A stretch of DNA of 64,000 nt from IMG/VR virus record IMGVR_UViG_3300007512_000011, positions 50,968 through 114,967 of that record; one strand, written 5' to 3'. Shown piece after piece: positions 10,673 to 19,937 of this stretch (position 1 is its first letter; the number at the start of each line of letters is the position of its first letter). The translations under genes were made by a program, and so were the position numbers. The notes under the pieces were generated by a model that saw only the letters and a list, made by a program, of their open reading frames with translations, had not been told where the DNA came from and searched no databases. Origin of the DNA: a virus.

Positions 10673-11835
10673 TCTGTTGCCTCGAGACTACACTCACTCA
10701 TAGCATCTGCTAAAGATTTCATCTCTTCATAGGACTCTGTATCTATTTCTAGATTATCTTGATTAAACTTTTTCACCATTGCATATTCTAAGAGATCATC
10801 TATGTAAGCTGTATATTCGGGATTTCTCATTATTTCACCAAACTTTGGCTTATGAAACTTCTTCTCAATAAGAATTTCACCAGTTTGTGTGTCTGTTACG
10901 GTTAGGCGCTTCCAAGAACCTGTTCCTGATACAGAGACCTCCTTTCCCTTGATCACTTCTGGCCCATGCTTTCTTAGCAGATCGAATATCTGCTCATGCT
11001 CCTTAATACCCACACCGAAGTGAATCTCAAAATTAATCTTTCTAAAAGGAGGGGCGACCTTATTCTTAATGGTCTTAGCAGAAACATGAATACCGATCAC
11101 ATCATCACCATCCTTAATCTGCTGGCCAGCTCCTAGCTTGATTCTTGTGGAGGCATGAAATGGAATTGCCTTTCCTCCCGGTGTCGTATCAGGATCACCA
11201 TACATCACTCCGATCTTAGTTCGAATCTGATTAAGGATTACAAATAGAACATTTTGATTTGCAATCACCCCTGTGATCTTTCTCATGCCCTTAGAAATCG
11301 CACGAGCTTGTAATCCGATGGACTCCTTATCATAGTCTCCAATTAGCTCAGCCTTGGGTGATGATGCAGCAACAGAATCCCAGACAATGGTGATTGGCAC
11401 ATCCTTATCCATCGCCTTTGCCTTCATAATAGTCGCCTCTGCAATAGAGAGAACCTCTTCCGTGCAATGAGTGTCAACATACACAAATCTCTTTGACACA
11501 TCAACGCCTAGCATCTTTAAGTTTTCTACAGAAGTCGCATTTTCTGTGTCAATATAAACAACAATTCCACCCATTTTTTGGGTTGTTCTAGCAATCTGTG
11601 TGGCTATGTGAGACTTTCCAATGGACGGTGGTCCAAAAACCTCTACAATTCTCCCTTCAGGAAGACCTCCACCCCTTCTATTAGAGCAAATATAGTCAAG
11701 CAGCTTTGACCCTGTTGAAATCCACCGCTCAACATGAGTCGGTGAAATATCCTGGCTGAGATTGTATGCTACCTGCGTGCCATGCTCCTTGTTTAGAGCA
11801 TTAATTAAGTCTACAGTAAAATCCTGATTTGACAT
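10669..11835 (-). CDS. recA: RecA/UvsX-family recombinase
   Basis: ISTGS..LD, GGGLPEGRIVEVFGPPSIGKS, WDSVAA, NQIRTKIGVMYGDPDTTPGGKA, KNKVAPPF. Start placed at 11835 (GGAGA upstream) rather than the track's 11850. Confidence 0.92.
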   Translation of the reverse strand: MSNQDFTVDLINALNKEHGTQVAYNLSQDISPTHVERWISTGSKLLDYICSNRRGGGLPEGRIVEVFGPPSIGKSHIATQIARTTQKMGGIVVYIDTENATSVENLKMLGVDVSKRFVYVDTHCTEEVLSIAEATIMKAKAMDKDVPITIVWDSVAASSPKAELIGDYDKESIGLQARAISKGMRKITGVIANQNVLFVILNQIRTKIGVMYGDPDTTPGGKAIPFHASTRIKLGAGQQIKDGDDVIGIHVSAKTIKNKVAPPFRKINFEIHFGVGIKEHEQIFDLLRKHGPEVIKGKEVSVSGTGSWKRLTVTDTQTGEILIEKKFHKPKFGEIMRNPEYTAYIDDLLEYAMVKKFNQDNLEIDTESYEEMKSLADAMSECSLEATD

Positions 11836-11851
11836 TCTTTCTCCACTCATT

Positions 11852-11880
11852 ATCTTACAGTGACAGAACAGGTATGTTCA
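11852..11880 (-). promoter_or_regulatory. Sigma70-like promoter upstream of recA
   Basis: TGAACA-N17-TAAGAT on the minus strand. Confidence 0.55.
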
Positions 11881-11882
11881 AG

Positions 11883-11905
11883 GCGGGGTGCGTGATGCAC
11901 CCCGC
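11883..11905. other. GC-rich hairpin after the SSB gene (weak terminator or stabiliser)
   Basis: GCGGGGTGC-N5-GCACCCCGC, perfect 9-bp stem. On the coding strand the T-run precedes the stem rather than following it, so it is not a canonical terminator. Confidence 0.5.
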
Positions 11906-11917
11906 AAAAAACAGAAA

Positions 11918-12682
11918 CTATTCGTCGTCGATGAGATCAGCAAAGGCCTCATCGATGCTCTTGTAGTTAGATTCAGCTGAAGCCGATGTCTCAGAAAGTG
12001 TGGTGCCCACATCTTCTTCAGCCTCATCATCATCACTCAGCCAGTCATTGATAATCTTTGAGAGCTCATCATAAGACTTGCACTGATATGTCTCGGTTAC
12101 ATCTGGAATACTAGAAGTCCACTCTTTTGCCCGATCTGTATCTTCAGACAGAAGAGATTGCTTGCCTCGTGGGCGAACCTCAGTCATCGACCATTGCCGA
12201 CCAGGCTGCTTGGTGCATGTGACCTTGATATCACGGCCTGTTTGTGGATCTGTGATATCTCCGTAGTCCTCATCAAGCATCAGTCCCAGAAGATTCTGAT
12301 AAACAGTCTTACCAAAACCCCAGATCTGAACACCCTTGTCCTCCTCTCCTCGGACAACAACGGGCGCGTAAGTACGCATCTTAGGATAGAGCTTCTTAGC
12401 GAGCTCATAGGATTCCTTAGAACCTTCCTCACGAAGCTTTGTAATTAGCTCCTGAATCGGATCAGGATCATTGAACTGATAAGGTGCCAAAAGACCCCTC
12501 TCATTTCCAATGTTATAGTAGAACCACAACTCCTTAAATGGTTGGCCATCATTATCTGGGAAAGATAGAAGACGTACTGTGTGCTCCTCTCCCTCTTGTG
12601 GTCGCCACATAAGGGACCTATTTCTATTTGTTCCGCTTAGTCTGTCAAGCTTTTTACGGATTGCATCAAAATCAACTGCCAT
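11918..12682 (-). CDS. Single-stranded DNA-binding protein (T4 gp32-like)
   Basis: VRLL...PF, VQIWGFGKTVY, DITDPQTGRDI; acidic C-terminus (DEAFADLIDDE); adjacent to recA. Confidence 0.8.
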   Translation of the reverse strand: MAVDFDAIRKKLDRLSGTNRNRSLMWRPQEGEEHTVRLLSFPDNDGQPFKELWFYYNIGNERGLLAPYQFNDPDPIQELITKLREEGSKESYELAKKLYPKMRTYAPVVVRGEEDKGVQIWGFGKTVYQNLLGLMLDEDYGDITDPQTGRDIKVTCTKQPGRQWSMTEVRPRGKQSLLSEDTDRAKEWTSSIPDVTETYQCKSYDELSKIINDWLSDDDEAEEDVGTTLSETSASAESNYKSIDEAFADLIDDE

Positions 12683-12733
12683 TGTTCCTCCAATTTTTAA
12701 TGTTCAATGTGTAGTTTTTGCAATATGCAAATA

Positions 12734-12763
12734 ATATTATGCTTAATTTTAGATCAATGTTCA
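12734..12763 (-). promoter_or_regulatory. Sigma70-like promoter upstream of SSB
   Basis: TGAACA then CATAAT/TAATAT at 16-18 nt; same TTGAACAT box as upstream of recA. Confidence 0.5.
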
Positions 12764-12783
12764 AATAATTTTATGTTTTATGC

Positions 12784-14526
12784 TTAGTTTTTCTTTTTCT
12801 TTTTTCGCTTGCTGCCAGACTTCTCTGCAATTCCCTTTGCCCACTTTTCTGCCGCTGTATAAATAAGTGCTGGATCCTGTGGGTTTACAAGAGACCCACC
12901 GTAAAATGCTGCATTTTTCTTGGCCTGGGCCATGTATGTCTGCCGAGAAGGACTCTTTCCTTGCGGACCTGTGCCCAAAGGAGTAACTGGACCGCCGCCG
13001 ATGGCGCTGGTGCCGGAGGCCTCTCCTATCTCGTCGTCGGTTTTGCCCTTTTTACTTTTTCTTTTTTTTTTTGCTTCATCGAGCGCTTGACGAATGAGCA
13101 TTCGAATCTCTGACTCTTTTAAGGGCTTCGGATGTGCTGTGATGACCCCGGAATCTGTCTTATATGCGACAGCAAAATCATTGGTATCCGGGACTTTACC
13201 TGTCGAAAGACGAGTGATAATAACATCTTCCTCATCTTCCTCTTCTGAAGTTACCGGAGCGTATTGAAGAAATCCCTGGGGCTCTATCTTTCTTAGTGAA
13301 GGATAAGCACCATAAATGGTCTCTCTAATAAGCTGACGAATCTCTCTCAGTGCTAATGCCTTAAATATGTCTTCAGGTGAAATCTCCATATCAGCTAGCT
13401 GTGTTAAATCTTTATCGAGCTGTGTTATGTCTTTATCCATTTCTATATCCTTTTCCTCTGGTTCTTCAACCCTGGGTTCTTCTGATTCAATTCCTCGACA
13501 GGTTCCGCTATCAGACTTTAAAGCATTAAATATTGCTCCGATCCTTGTAGTGATACCAACCAGAGCAGTCTTTCTGACAGGTATGCCTCCCGGGCGCTTG
13601 AGGAGTAATCCCACATAGGCTGGACCAATTGCAAAGGACGCAATTCTTCTAAGGAGCGGAATCTCGTCAAGTAACTCTGCAAGAAATGTTATCACAGTTG
13701 TTGGCGTGAACTGTAAGACGGCTGCTTGTTTCACGCCGGCCCTACCCAGGCGGGCCTTCATCACAGACTCAGCAACTTTTTGAAGATCACTTATTGCATC
13801 TGTTAGAGCTTCCCGTAATTTTTTCTTATCACTTTCAGGCAGTCTGCAAATTTTCTCAATTGAATCTGAAAATTCGTCCTCTCCATACTCACGATCACCC
13901 AGCTCAGTTAGTGTGATACCAATTTTATCATTTAGCAGCTGGCTAGCATCACCCAGGCTATCGCTAAAGCTACCTGCCTTCCGCAAGGCATCAAATCCCT
14001 CGATAGCCGCAATAGCAACTTGTACGACAGGATGTGGAATAAAATTAAGTGCGGTTGTAAAAATGTCAAGAAGAGCTCCCTCTCCAAGAAGCTCGTCCTC
14101 GCTCATCTGCGAAACTTCCTCAAGTGTTGGGTAGACTCTCATTCTCTCCTCACTAATATATGGAGCCCTAGAGACTAACTTGCGGGTGCGCAAAGGTAAA
14201 ACTTCTGGCTCAGGATAAATATCTAGATCATCAGGTTCTTGTTCTGGGAACATTGACACTTCTAGTGACTCTGGATCCACATGCCCTACATTCTGGCTAA
14301 GTGCTGATGAGAAACCCGCGTCAGCCGAGTGGCTTGGTGTTCCGGTCTCACCCGGGTGATATGGTCTTCGATTTCGACCGATCTTATAGTAATAATCATC
14401 GCCGCCGCCAATTGCACCGCCAACTGGAACACCAATACCGCGGCCTGAGGCAACACCTGCTTCCGGCTTCTTGACGATGTCGCTAACAAGTGCGCGTATG
14501 ATATCCCTTGCAGTAAGATTTGCCAT
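12784..14526 (-). CDS. Hypothetical protein, probable internal head (packaged) protein
   Basis: Late-type motif immediately upstream; LREIRQLIRE and LKESEIRMLIRQAL helices; many L/I-x-E sites; Lys-rich segments. Confidence 0.55.
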   Translation of the reverse strand: MANLTARDIIRALVSDIVKKPEAGVASGRGIGVPVGGAIGGGDDYYYKIGRNRRPYHPGETGTPSHSADAGFSSALSQNVGHVDPESLEVSMFPEQEPDDLDIYPEPEVLPLRTRKLVSRAPYISEERMRVYPTLEEVSQMSEDELLGEGALLDIFTTALNFIPHPVVQVAIAAIEGFDALRKAGSFSDSLGDASQLLNDKIGITLTELGDREYGEDEFSDSIEKICRLPESDKKKLREALTDAISDLQKVAESVMKARLGRAGVKQAAVLQFTPTTVITFLAELLDEIPLLRRIASFAIGPAYVGLLLKRPGGIPVRKTALVGITTRIGAIFNALKSDSGTCRGIESEEPRVEEPEEKDIEMDKDITQLDKDLTQLADMEISPEDIFKALALREIRQLIRETIYGAYPSLRKIEPQGFLQYAPVTSEEEDEEDVIITRLSTGKVPDTNDFAVAYKTDSGVITAHPKPLKESEIRMLIRQALDEAKKKRKSKKGKTDDEIGEASGTSAIGGGPVTPLGTGPQGKSPSRQTYMAQAKKNAAFYGGSLVNPQDPALIYTAAEKWAKGIAEKSGSKRKKKKKN

Positions 14527-14543
14527 GTAGATAAATATCTACA
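14526..14543. promoter_or_regulatory. Late-type motif inside a perfect palindrome TGTAGATA-AA-TATCTACA
   Basis: 8-bp inverted repeat centred on ATAAATAT, abutting the start codon at 14526. Confidence 0.55.
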
Positions 14544-14563
14544 GTCTGACCAAACGTCACATC

Positions 14564-15136
14564 CTACTGAGACAAGTGAACTGACATCGCCTTTGCTTGC
14601 TGCAGCAGGAGGCCTAGTGTTCCCTCATGACCGACGTAGAATCTATTTTCCTCAAAGTGTGAGCCTCTTGCTAGCTGTATCGCGAGCCACTCCTCTGTGG
14701 AAAGTCTGACACCGAAGTGTTGAAGTAAATGTAGTGCTCGATGAGAAAGTGACATCTTATTGAGGCTTTCATTGAATGTATAGAGCTGTCCTAATTTGTC
14801 ACGGTGCCAGTCCGAATCCTGGTCCACAAAGTAGGACTCTTCCAGGTCTCCGACCTTTCCAATCTCATGAAGCAGTCCTACCTTTAGTATCTGTGATGGA
14901 TGAAGACCCAGATCCATCGCATCATTAAGTGTTCTCATTCTAACTGTGACATCTAAGACATGCTCGACCATTCCGCCAGGATAGCATCCGTAGCTATCTT
15001 GTCTGGGTGACGCTGGGCACACTACAATTCGATCTCCAAGGGTGTCGAGCAGATTATTTAAGCCCTCGTCTGACAGCCTCCGGCACAGCTTGTCAAACTT
15101 TGTCCAATTCTTCTCAAGTGTCTCTACATCAATCAT
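14564..15136 (-). CDS. HD-superfamily phosphohydrolase (YhaM-like), with HE in place of HD
   Basis: CPAS...YPGGMVEHVLDV...LLHEIGKVG; conserved H...R...LLQHFG. Confidence 0.7.
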   Translation of the reverse strand: MIDVETLEKNWTKFDKLCRRLSDEGLNNLLDTLGDRIVVCPASPRQDSYGCYPGGMVEHVLDVTVRMRTLNDAMDLGLHPSQILKVGLLHEIGKVGDLEESYFVDQDSDWHRDKLGQLYTFNESLNKMSLSHRALHLLQHFGVRLSTEEWLAIQLARGSHFEENRFYVGHEGTLGLLLQQAKAMSVHLSQ

Positions 15137-15142
15137 GAATAT

Positions 15143-15171
15143 ATCTTACACACCGTGGCAAAAATTTTCAA
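15143..15171 (-). promoter_or_regulatory. Sigma70-like promoter, probably giving a leaderless mRNA for the HD gene
   Basis: TTGAAA-N17-TAAGAT, 6 nt before the ATG at 15136, no Shine-Dalgarno. Confidence 0.55.
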
Positions 15172-16351
15172 CTTTAACAGGAAATCTCTGTTGCATTCTC
15201 TTGACGTGAAGGCCTTGATCTGTTATATCTCTCAACCTGGAGATCTGGTCCTCCCTCACATCGAGAACAATCGCATCATGAATCACAAATATCGGTCTTA
15301 CGTCCAACTCCTGTAGGCTGCATTGCTCTAAAAGCCAGCCAAAACCCAGTAAAGCTGCATCAACACCTGTGCATTGCAAATAGTGATTCACGTGGGCTGA
15401 ATCTGACTTGATCAGGCGGTTGTAGAAGCTTTGTATGTGACCCGTAGTTGCTGCCTGTTGTCTTAGACTTCTCTCCATGTTTGGTACATCAAAATAGTCT
15501 CTGATGTTGCTTAGAATGCGTCCTGCATCCATTCCTGATGGTATTTTTCCCTGTAGTGTGGAGGCCGTCATGCCATATAGACAGCCTATTGTGGCGATCT
15601 TTGTCTCGTCACGAGAAAGGTTGCCCCCTAGTACCTCATCTTGCACGTGTGTGTATATGTCATAGGGAGCTTCTCTCTGGGCGATGCTCAGAGCAACACG
15701 AGGCTCCAGGCAGATAATATCGACCTGGAGCAACTGTCCATTTTTAAATCCAGACCTGAAAATTTTCCTATGATCCTTTTTAAGAGTCAATATGTTCGGC
15801 CCTGATGTCACAGTTAGCCTGCCGGTGCTCGATGATATCTGGCTATACCTGACAACGTCGGCTTTATCACCATCACTTGGCACACATCTTAAAAGCGACG
15901 TCTTATTGGTGCTATTTCTCTCAACACCAAGCAAGGATTTTAGAACACCTGTGTTAATGCTAGAAGGCTCCATCCTTAACAGCAACTCTCTATTCTCAAC
16001 AAATTCATATCCATAATATCCCTGATTTGCCAGCTCAACAATTTTCTCAGCACGCTCTCGAATGGACTTAATTTTCTTCTTAAACACCTGCGGGGGTAAT
16101 GCTCTCATCCACGGAACTCCGCTTGTGCCAGCCTTTCTAAGCTGCTTCCACATTCGAGACTGCGATTCCGTATCAAATAGTGGCAAAGATTGACCCATAG
16201 CCTGGGCTATCGTCCCGACATCTCGAGCACTCATCTTGTCACCGCAAACCCAGTGATCCTCTGGGACACCATCCTGCCAGGCACACATGTCTTCATCAAG
16301 TAGAAGGTCTAAGTTACCTCCCAAGCACTTTCTTGATATTCCAATCTTCAT
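15146..16351 (-). CDS. Family A DNA polymerase catalytic domain (short, divergent, no recognisable exonuclease)
   Basis: STGRL...PN; motif A QVDIICLEPR; motif B RDETKIATIGCLYG; NHYLQ; motif C VIHDAIVLDV. Confidence 0.75.
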   Translation of the reverse strand: MKIGISRKCLGGNLDLLLDEDMCAWQDGVPEDHWVCGDKMSARDVGTIAQAMGQSLPLFDTESQSRMWKQLRKAGTSGVPWMRALPPQVFKKKIKSIRERAEKIVELANQGYYGYEFVENRELLLRMEPSSINTGVLKSLLGVERNSTNKTSLLRCVPSDGDKADVVRYSQISSSTGRLTVTSGPNILTLKKDHRKIFRSGFKNGQLLQVDIICLEPRVALSIAQREAPYDIYTHVQDEVLGGNLSRDETKIATIGCLYGMTASTLQGKIPSGMDAGRILSNIRDYFDVPNMERSLRQQAATTGHIQSFYNRLIKSDSAHVNHYLQCTGVDAALLGFGWLLEQCSLQELDVRPIFVIHDAIVLDVREDQISRLRDITDQGLHVKRMQQRFPVKVENFCHGV

Positions 16352-16392
16352 CTAGTATTTTAAGCTACCATAAAAGATTAGAATGTATCTTT

Positions 16393-19300
16393 TTACTTTA
16401 AAGTAGATGCTATATCACCTGCTGCATCGACTGCATCATCAATAAGACTGTCTCTAATCTTTGGAAGGGCTTCAGCAAGAGTGGTTCTGAATGATTCAAC
16501 AGTTCCATTTGAGCAAAATGTCATAGTGAATGAAGTATCAAACTGACCAGCTGACAGAGTATGATTTATGTTAGTTATGGCATACAGGTTATCAGCTGTT
16601 GTTCCTGTCTGTAGATCCATATAGTATTGCTGCCCATATTCGATTAAAGGGCATCCAAACGTTGTGACATTTAAAGAGGCAGGTATTACCTTCACATCCT
16701 CCACTGGTGATGTGACATTTTCACCTGCTGAGTCACCAGCTGTTATCGATCTAAGTAATAGTGCATTAGCTGCCGGACCTTTCGTATTTGCTGATAGACT
16801 TATACTTTTTACACCTGTGTACTGTGTTCCCATTGTGATGCTTGGAACAGTTTGCTTAATTGACTTCTTAATTGTGGCGGGACTTGCTGCTGCTACATAT
16901 TCAGAGAACATACCTGCTACGGCCTGGCCAGCTCTGGTATCAGAAAATCTCTTTCCAAGGTTGCCCAGGGCCGATTTAGGGTCTGTGGTTCCAGGACCTG
17001 CTGAGTCGCTGGGAGCGCCGCGATTTTTAACTGCCTCTGTTATCTGGTTACCGGATCCCTTGACAAGCGATGTAAATTCACTATCATTTAGCATCGATAG
17101 CAAAAAGAGAGAACTCTCATGAGGTGTAGCAGCCTCATCATAAATGTGTATCCTAAGAATAATCTTGCCTGTATCGACACTACTATTACCTCGAAGACCA
17201 GTTGTTTTCGCAGGAAGTGCCTCCATATAGCACTTCAACCTGGGGGGTCTAAACTTAGCAGGTGCAGATCCACAGCCATCACTCGTGTATATGCTAGTCA
17301 GTCGTTCTTGCAATCTGCTATCTATCTGCTTTAAAGACACTTGTAAGTTTTTATCATAATCCTTTAACAGTACTTTCAGATTGTCATCTTTACTATCCAG
17401 CTGTTTCTTGACCTCTGAAACTGCTTCCTCAAATGATTTTCTTGTATCCTTTCGCAACTTATAGAGATCTGTCAGCCCATAGTTCTGATCTTGAGGATCT
17501 GACACAAAATTGTTAATGATAAAGTTAAGAAATGTGAGAGTTGACATATTAGGATTTTCCTGAAGCACAGACAGCATCTCTGATTGAAATTTCTCAATGC
17601 TTATTTGAAACTGCGATATGTCAAACTTCCTTGCTCCCGCAGCCTGGTGATTAAATCGATAAAAGAAAACCTGGGTCTCGTCAAATCGACCTGATGCTGC
17701 CAGGGGAGATCCAACAAATGACATTATCAGCTTACCTAATGAAACCTGGGTGTTTGCCGTTCCGCTTGGTAAGAAGGGGTCAGTTGCATGGGGGCTCTTT
17801 AGTGCTTCGATCTTAGCAGCAATAATATCGAAAAGTGAATCTTTTGTATCCTTTAACTCACCGCCGGTTCCATCTGGGCCGACAAGTCTTGTGATGAGAA
17901 GACCCAGCTGTGACTGTGCAAGCAGTACTCCTCCCGGTTGAGGCTCTAAGATTTTTAAAAATTCATTGAACAGATCACGACTAATAACTGACGAGGGTGA
18001 CCTAGCGTTTCCTAAATTTACAGAGACCTCTTGGCGTATCTCAGCTGCTCTTTCACTTGAATCGCTTACATCGGATAGCTTTTTTGCAAGAATCGACTGT
18101 ATCAAAGGCTTAATTTGCGAAATGGGAACGACCTCTCCAGTTGCAATCGAGACATTTGAAGCATCAGCGGCGCCCCTGGAAGCGAGTCTTAAGTCTATCT
18201 TTACTTTTCCCTCGTTTGTCATGGTGTAATCTGAAGAAACGATGTGAAACATGTTCTTTGATCTTAAATTGTTTAAAAATTTCCCATATGGATTGCTAGA
18301 AAGGTCCCCGCCCTCAGGATGAGACCATCCCCACTCAATCAGGACGTTTGTGAGACCAAAGGTGTCAATTGCAACCAATGGTGCGATATCAGCAAGTCTC
18401 GACCTATCATGTAAAATGAGAGATACGTTTGCTGTCTTTGCTGACAGGAGCGCTCTCCCTAGCCCTGCAATTGAAATTCTTACACTATCTAGAGTCATCA
18501 ATGGCTTAAATGGGTCAAGTACATTTCTAGCTCCATCAGAATTTATATCAGCATTAACGAGTGTTTGCGGTGATGTAAACAGCTCCATCCCAGAAGAAGC
18601 CATTCCAGAAGAAGCCAGTCCTAAATCTGCCCTGAGCGCTGATGCACCTGCGAAATTACTAATGTCACTATCAGCAGGAACAGCGGAGCCTAATCCTGAC
18701 TTGTCATTGTCCGATCCCGCACCTAAAAAGCTTACTATGCTTAATCTTTTCATTCTCTCTTCCAGACCACCTGGCACAGAAGATATGAATCTAATGTTGA
18801 CAAAGGGTGTGCAACGAGAAAGCTCAAGTGTCGGCACTGCATTCAAAAATATCGCTGCCTCAGAAGTTGATCTAGTTGGAATTCCGACCTTTAGACTTGG
18901 AAGGACTATCGCAGAAAGAGTCGGACGTGTAAATCTGCTCGGTGAAGACACGTTGCTATTCACGTTACTAGATTTTAATTTTGAGCTATCTGCTTTTCCG
19001 GAGGCGGCGTTTGTGGGGCATGATGAGATCATCTGTCTGACACTTGATCGACCCGAAACAGATTTCCCTCTTTCAACTTTTTGTCTTATCAGGTTAGTTT
19101 TCTCTTTTAGGGCAACTGCTTTTTCTTCCAGGGTGGCGTTCTCAGGAAGCTCTGGGCTGTCTATTGGAAGGAGATCCTCCGCAGGAGTGACTCCCTTCTC
19201 ATTAACAAAAAAGTCTGGGACTGGGAGTGACCCAAGATCCTCAAAGTAAACTTTAGCAAACTGACGTACATCTTTAACACCCAGCCTGTCAGAGATTCCA

Positions 19301-19635
19301 CCTCCGATGAATCCCAGATCCTTGGCCAGCTCACCAAGGATTTGCTTAGTAAAGTACGCACCCTCAGTGTTGTCTACAAGAACCTGCTGCAATTCATAAA
19401 TTGTTTCTGCATCGTCTCCTGAGAGAATCGGTATGTTCTCATCTACACCTATTTTTGCTGCGTCTAGCACATATCTCGCAATTGAAGAACCGCCGGCTTC
19501 AGCTGTCAACCTTATAATGTCATCACGACCAACTATTGCAAAATACTGGAGAAGAGCCTGGGTTGACTCTGCAAGCTTTGTCTTGGGCGTGCCCAGCTTG
19601 TCTAGGATTCCCTTGATGTCACTCAGTAATCCCAT
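16393..19635 (-). CDS. Large baseplate hub-like protein (gp27/GpD/VgrG-type fold)
   Basis: VLIEWGWS and C-terminal LNVTTFGCPLIEYGQ...YAITNINHTLSAGQFDTSF typical of hub proteins; follows a LysM/gp53-like gene. Confidence 0.55.
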   Translation of the reverse strand: MGLLSDIKGILDKLGTPKTKLAESTQALLQYFAIVGRDDIIRLTAEAGGSSIARYVLDAAKIGVDENIPILSGDDAETIYELQQVLVDNTEGAYFTKQILGELAKDLGFIGGGISDRLGVKDVRQFAKVYFEDLGSLPVPDFFVNEKGVTPAEDLLPIDSPELPENATLEEKAVALKEKTNLIRQKVERGKSVSGRSSVRQMISSCPTNAASGKADSSKLKSSNVNSNVSSPSRFTRPTLSAIVLPSLKVGIPTRSTSEAAIFLNAVPTLELSRCTPFVNIRFISSVPGGLEERMKRLSIVSFLGAGSDNDKSGLGSAVPADSDISNFAGASALRADLGLASSGMASSGMELFTSPQTLVNADINSDGARNVLDPFKPLMTLDSVRISIAGLGRALLSAKTANVSLILHDRSRLADIAPLVAIDTFGLTNVLIEWGWSHPEGGDLSSNPYGKFLNNLRSKNMFHIVSSDYTMTNEGKVKIDLRLASRGAADASNVSIATGEVVPISQIKPLIQSILAKKLSDVSDSSERAAEIRQEVSVNLGNARSPSSVISRDLFNEFLKILEPQPGGVLLAQSQLGLLITRLVGPDGTGGELKDTKDSLFDIIAAKIEALKSPHATDPFLPSGTANTQVSLGKLIMSFVGSPLAASGRFDETQVFFYRFNHQAAGARKFDISQFQISIEKFQSEMLSVLQENPNMSTLTFLNFIINNFVSDPQDQNYGLTDLYKLRKDTRKSFEEAVSEVKKQLDSKDDNLKVLLKDYDKNLQVSLKQIDSRLQERLTSIYTSDGCGSAPAKFRPPRLKCYMEALPAKTTGLRGNSSVDTGKIILRIHIYDEAATPHESSLFLLSMLNDSEFTSLVKGSGNQITEAVKNRGAPSDSAGPGTTDPKSALGNLGKRFSDTRAGQAVAGMFSEYVAAASPATIKKSIKQTVPSITMGTQYTGVKSISLSANTKGPAANALLLRSITAGDSAGENVTSPVEDVKVIPASLNVTTFGCPLIEYGQQYYMDLQTGTTADNLYAITNINHTLSAGQFDTSFTMTFCSNGTVESFRTTLAEALPKIRDSLIDDAVDAAGDIASTLK

Positions 19636-19638
19636 AGC

Positions 19639-19935
19639 TCACCTAATCAGGTCAAAAACTCTGTCGAGGGCTGTCGGAACCTTGACAATTGTTCCCGGTG
19701 GGACCTGCAATGCCCACCCAATACCTGAAGCTGCTGCAAGAATCCACCATAAATCTGAAGATCCGTAGATCTGTCCAGCAAGATGATCGAGACGAACGTT
19801 CTCCTTTATCACAGTTGTGTTATAAGGCAGGTCTCCCTGCAATACTGCATTAAAAATTCGAGATGACGCCTCACTTGTTGCAAACTGCTTTCGACCCAGG
19901 ATTTTAGATGTGTATGCATAACGACTAGTTGCCAT
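19639..19935 (-). CDS. LysM / gp53 / tail protein X-like baseplate protein
   Basis: RLDHLAGQIYGSSDLWWILAAAS...PGTIVKVP. Confidence 0.75.
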   Translation of the reverse strand: MATSRYAYTSKILGRKQFATSEASSRIFNAVLQGDLPYNTTVIKENVRLDHLAGQIYGSSDLWWILAAASGIGWALQVPPGTIVKVPTALDRVFDLIR

Positions 19936-19937
19936 AT

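Noticed and set aside
13054-13072. Long T-run suggesting an assembly error or slippage site
   Set aside because: It encodes an in-frame Lys-rich tract (AKKKRKSKK) and the ORF continues normally.
14564-16351. 2-aminoadenine (Z-DNA) pathway
   Set aside because: No purZ or mazZ in the window, and the HD protein looks YhaM-like rather than DatZ-like.
18350-19249. 299-aa plus-strand ORF, and other plus-strand ORFs such as 39394..40023 and 46221..46889
   Set aside because: Antisense shadows of long minus-strand genes, with Ser-rich low-information translations and no recognisable motifs.
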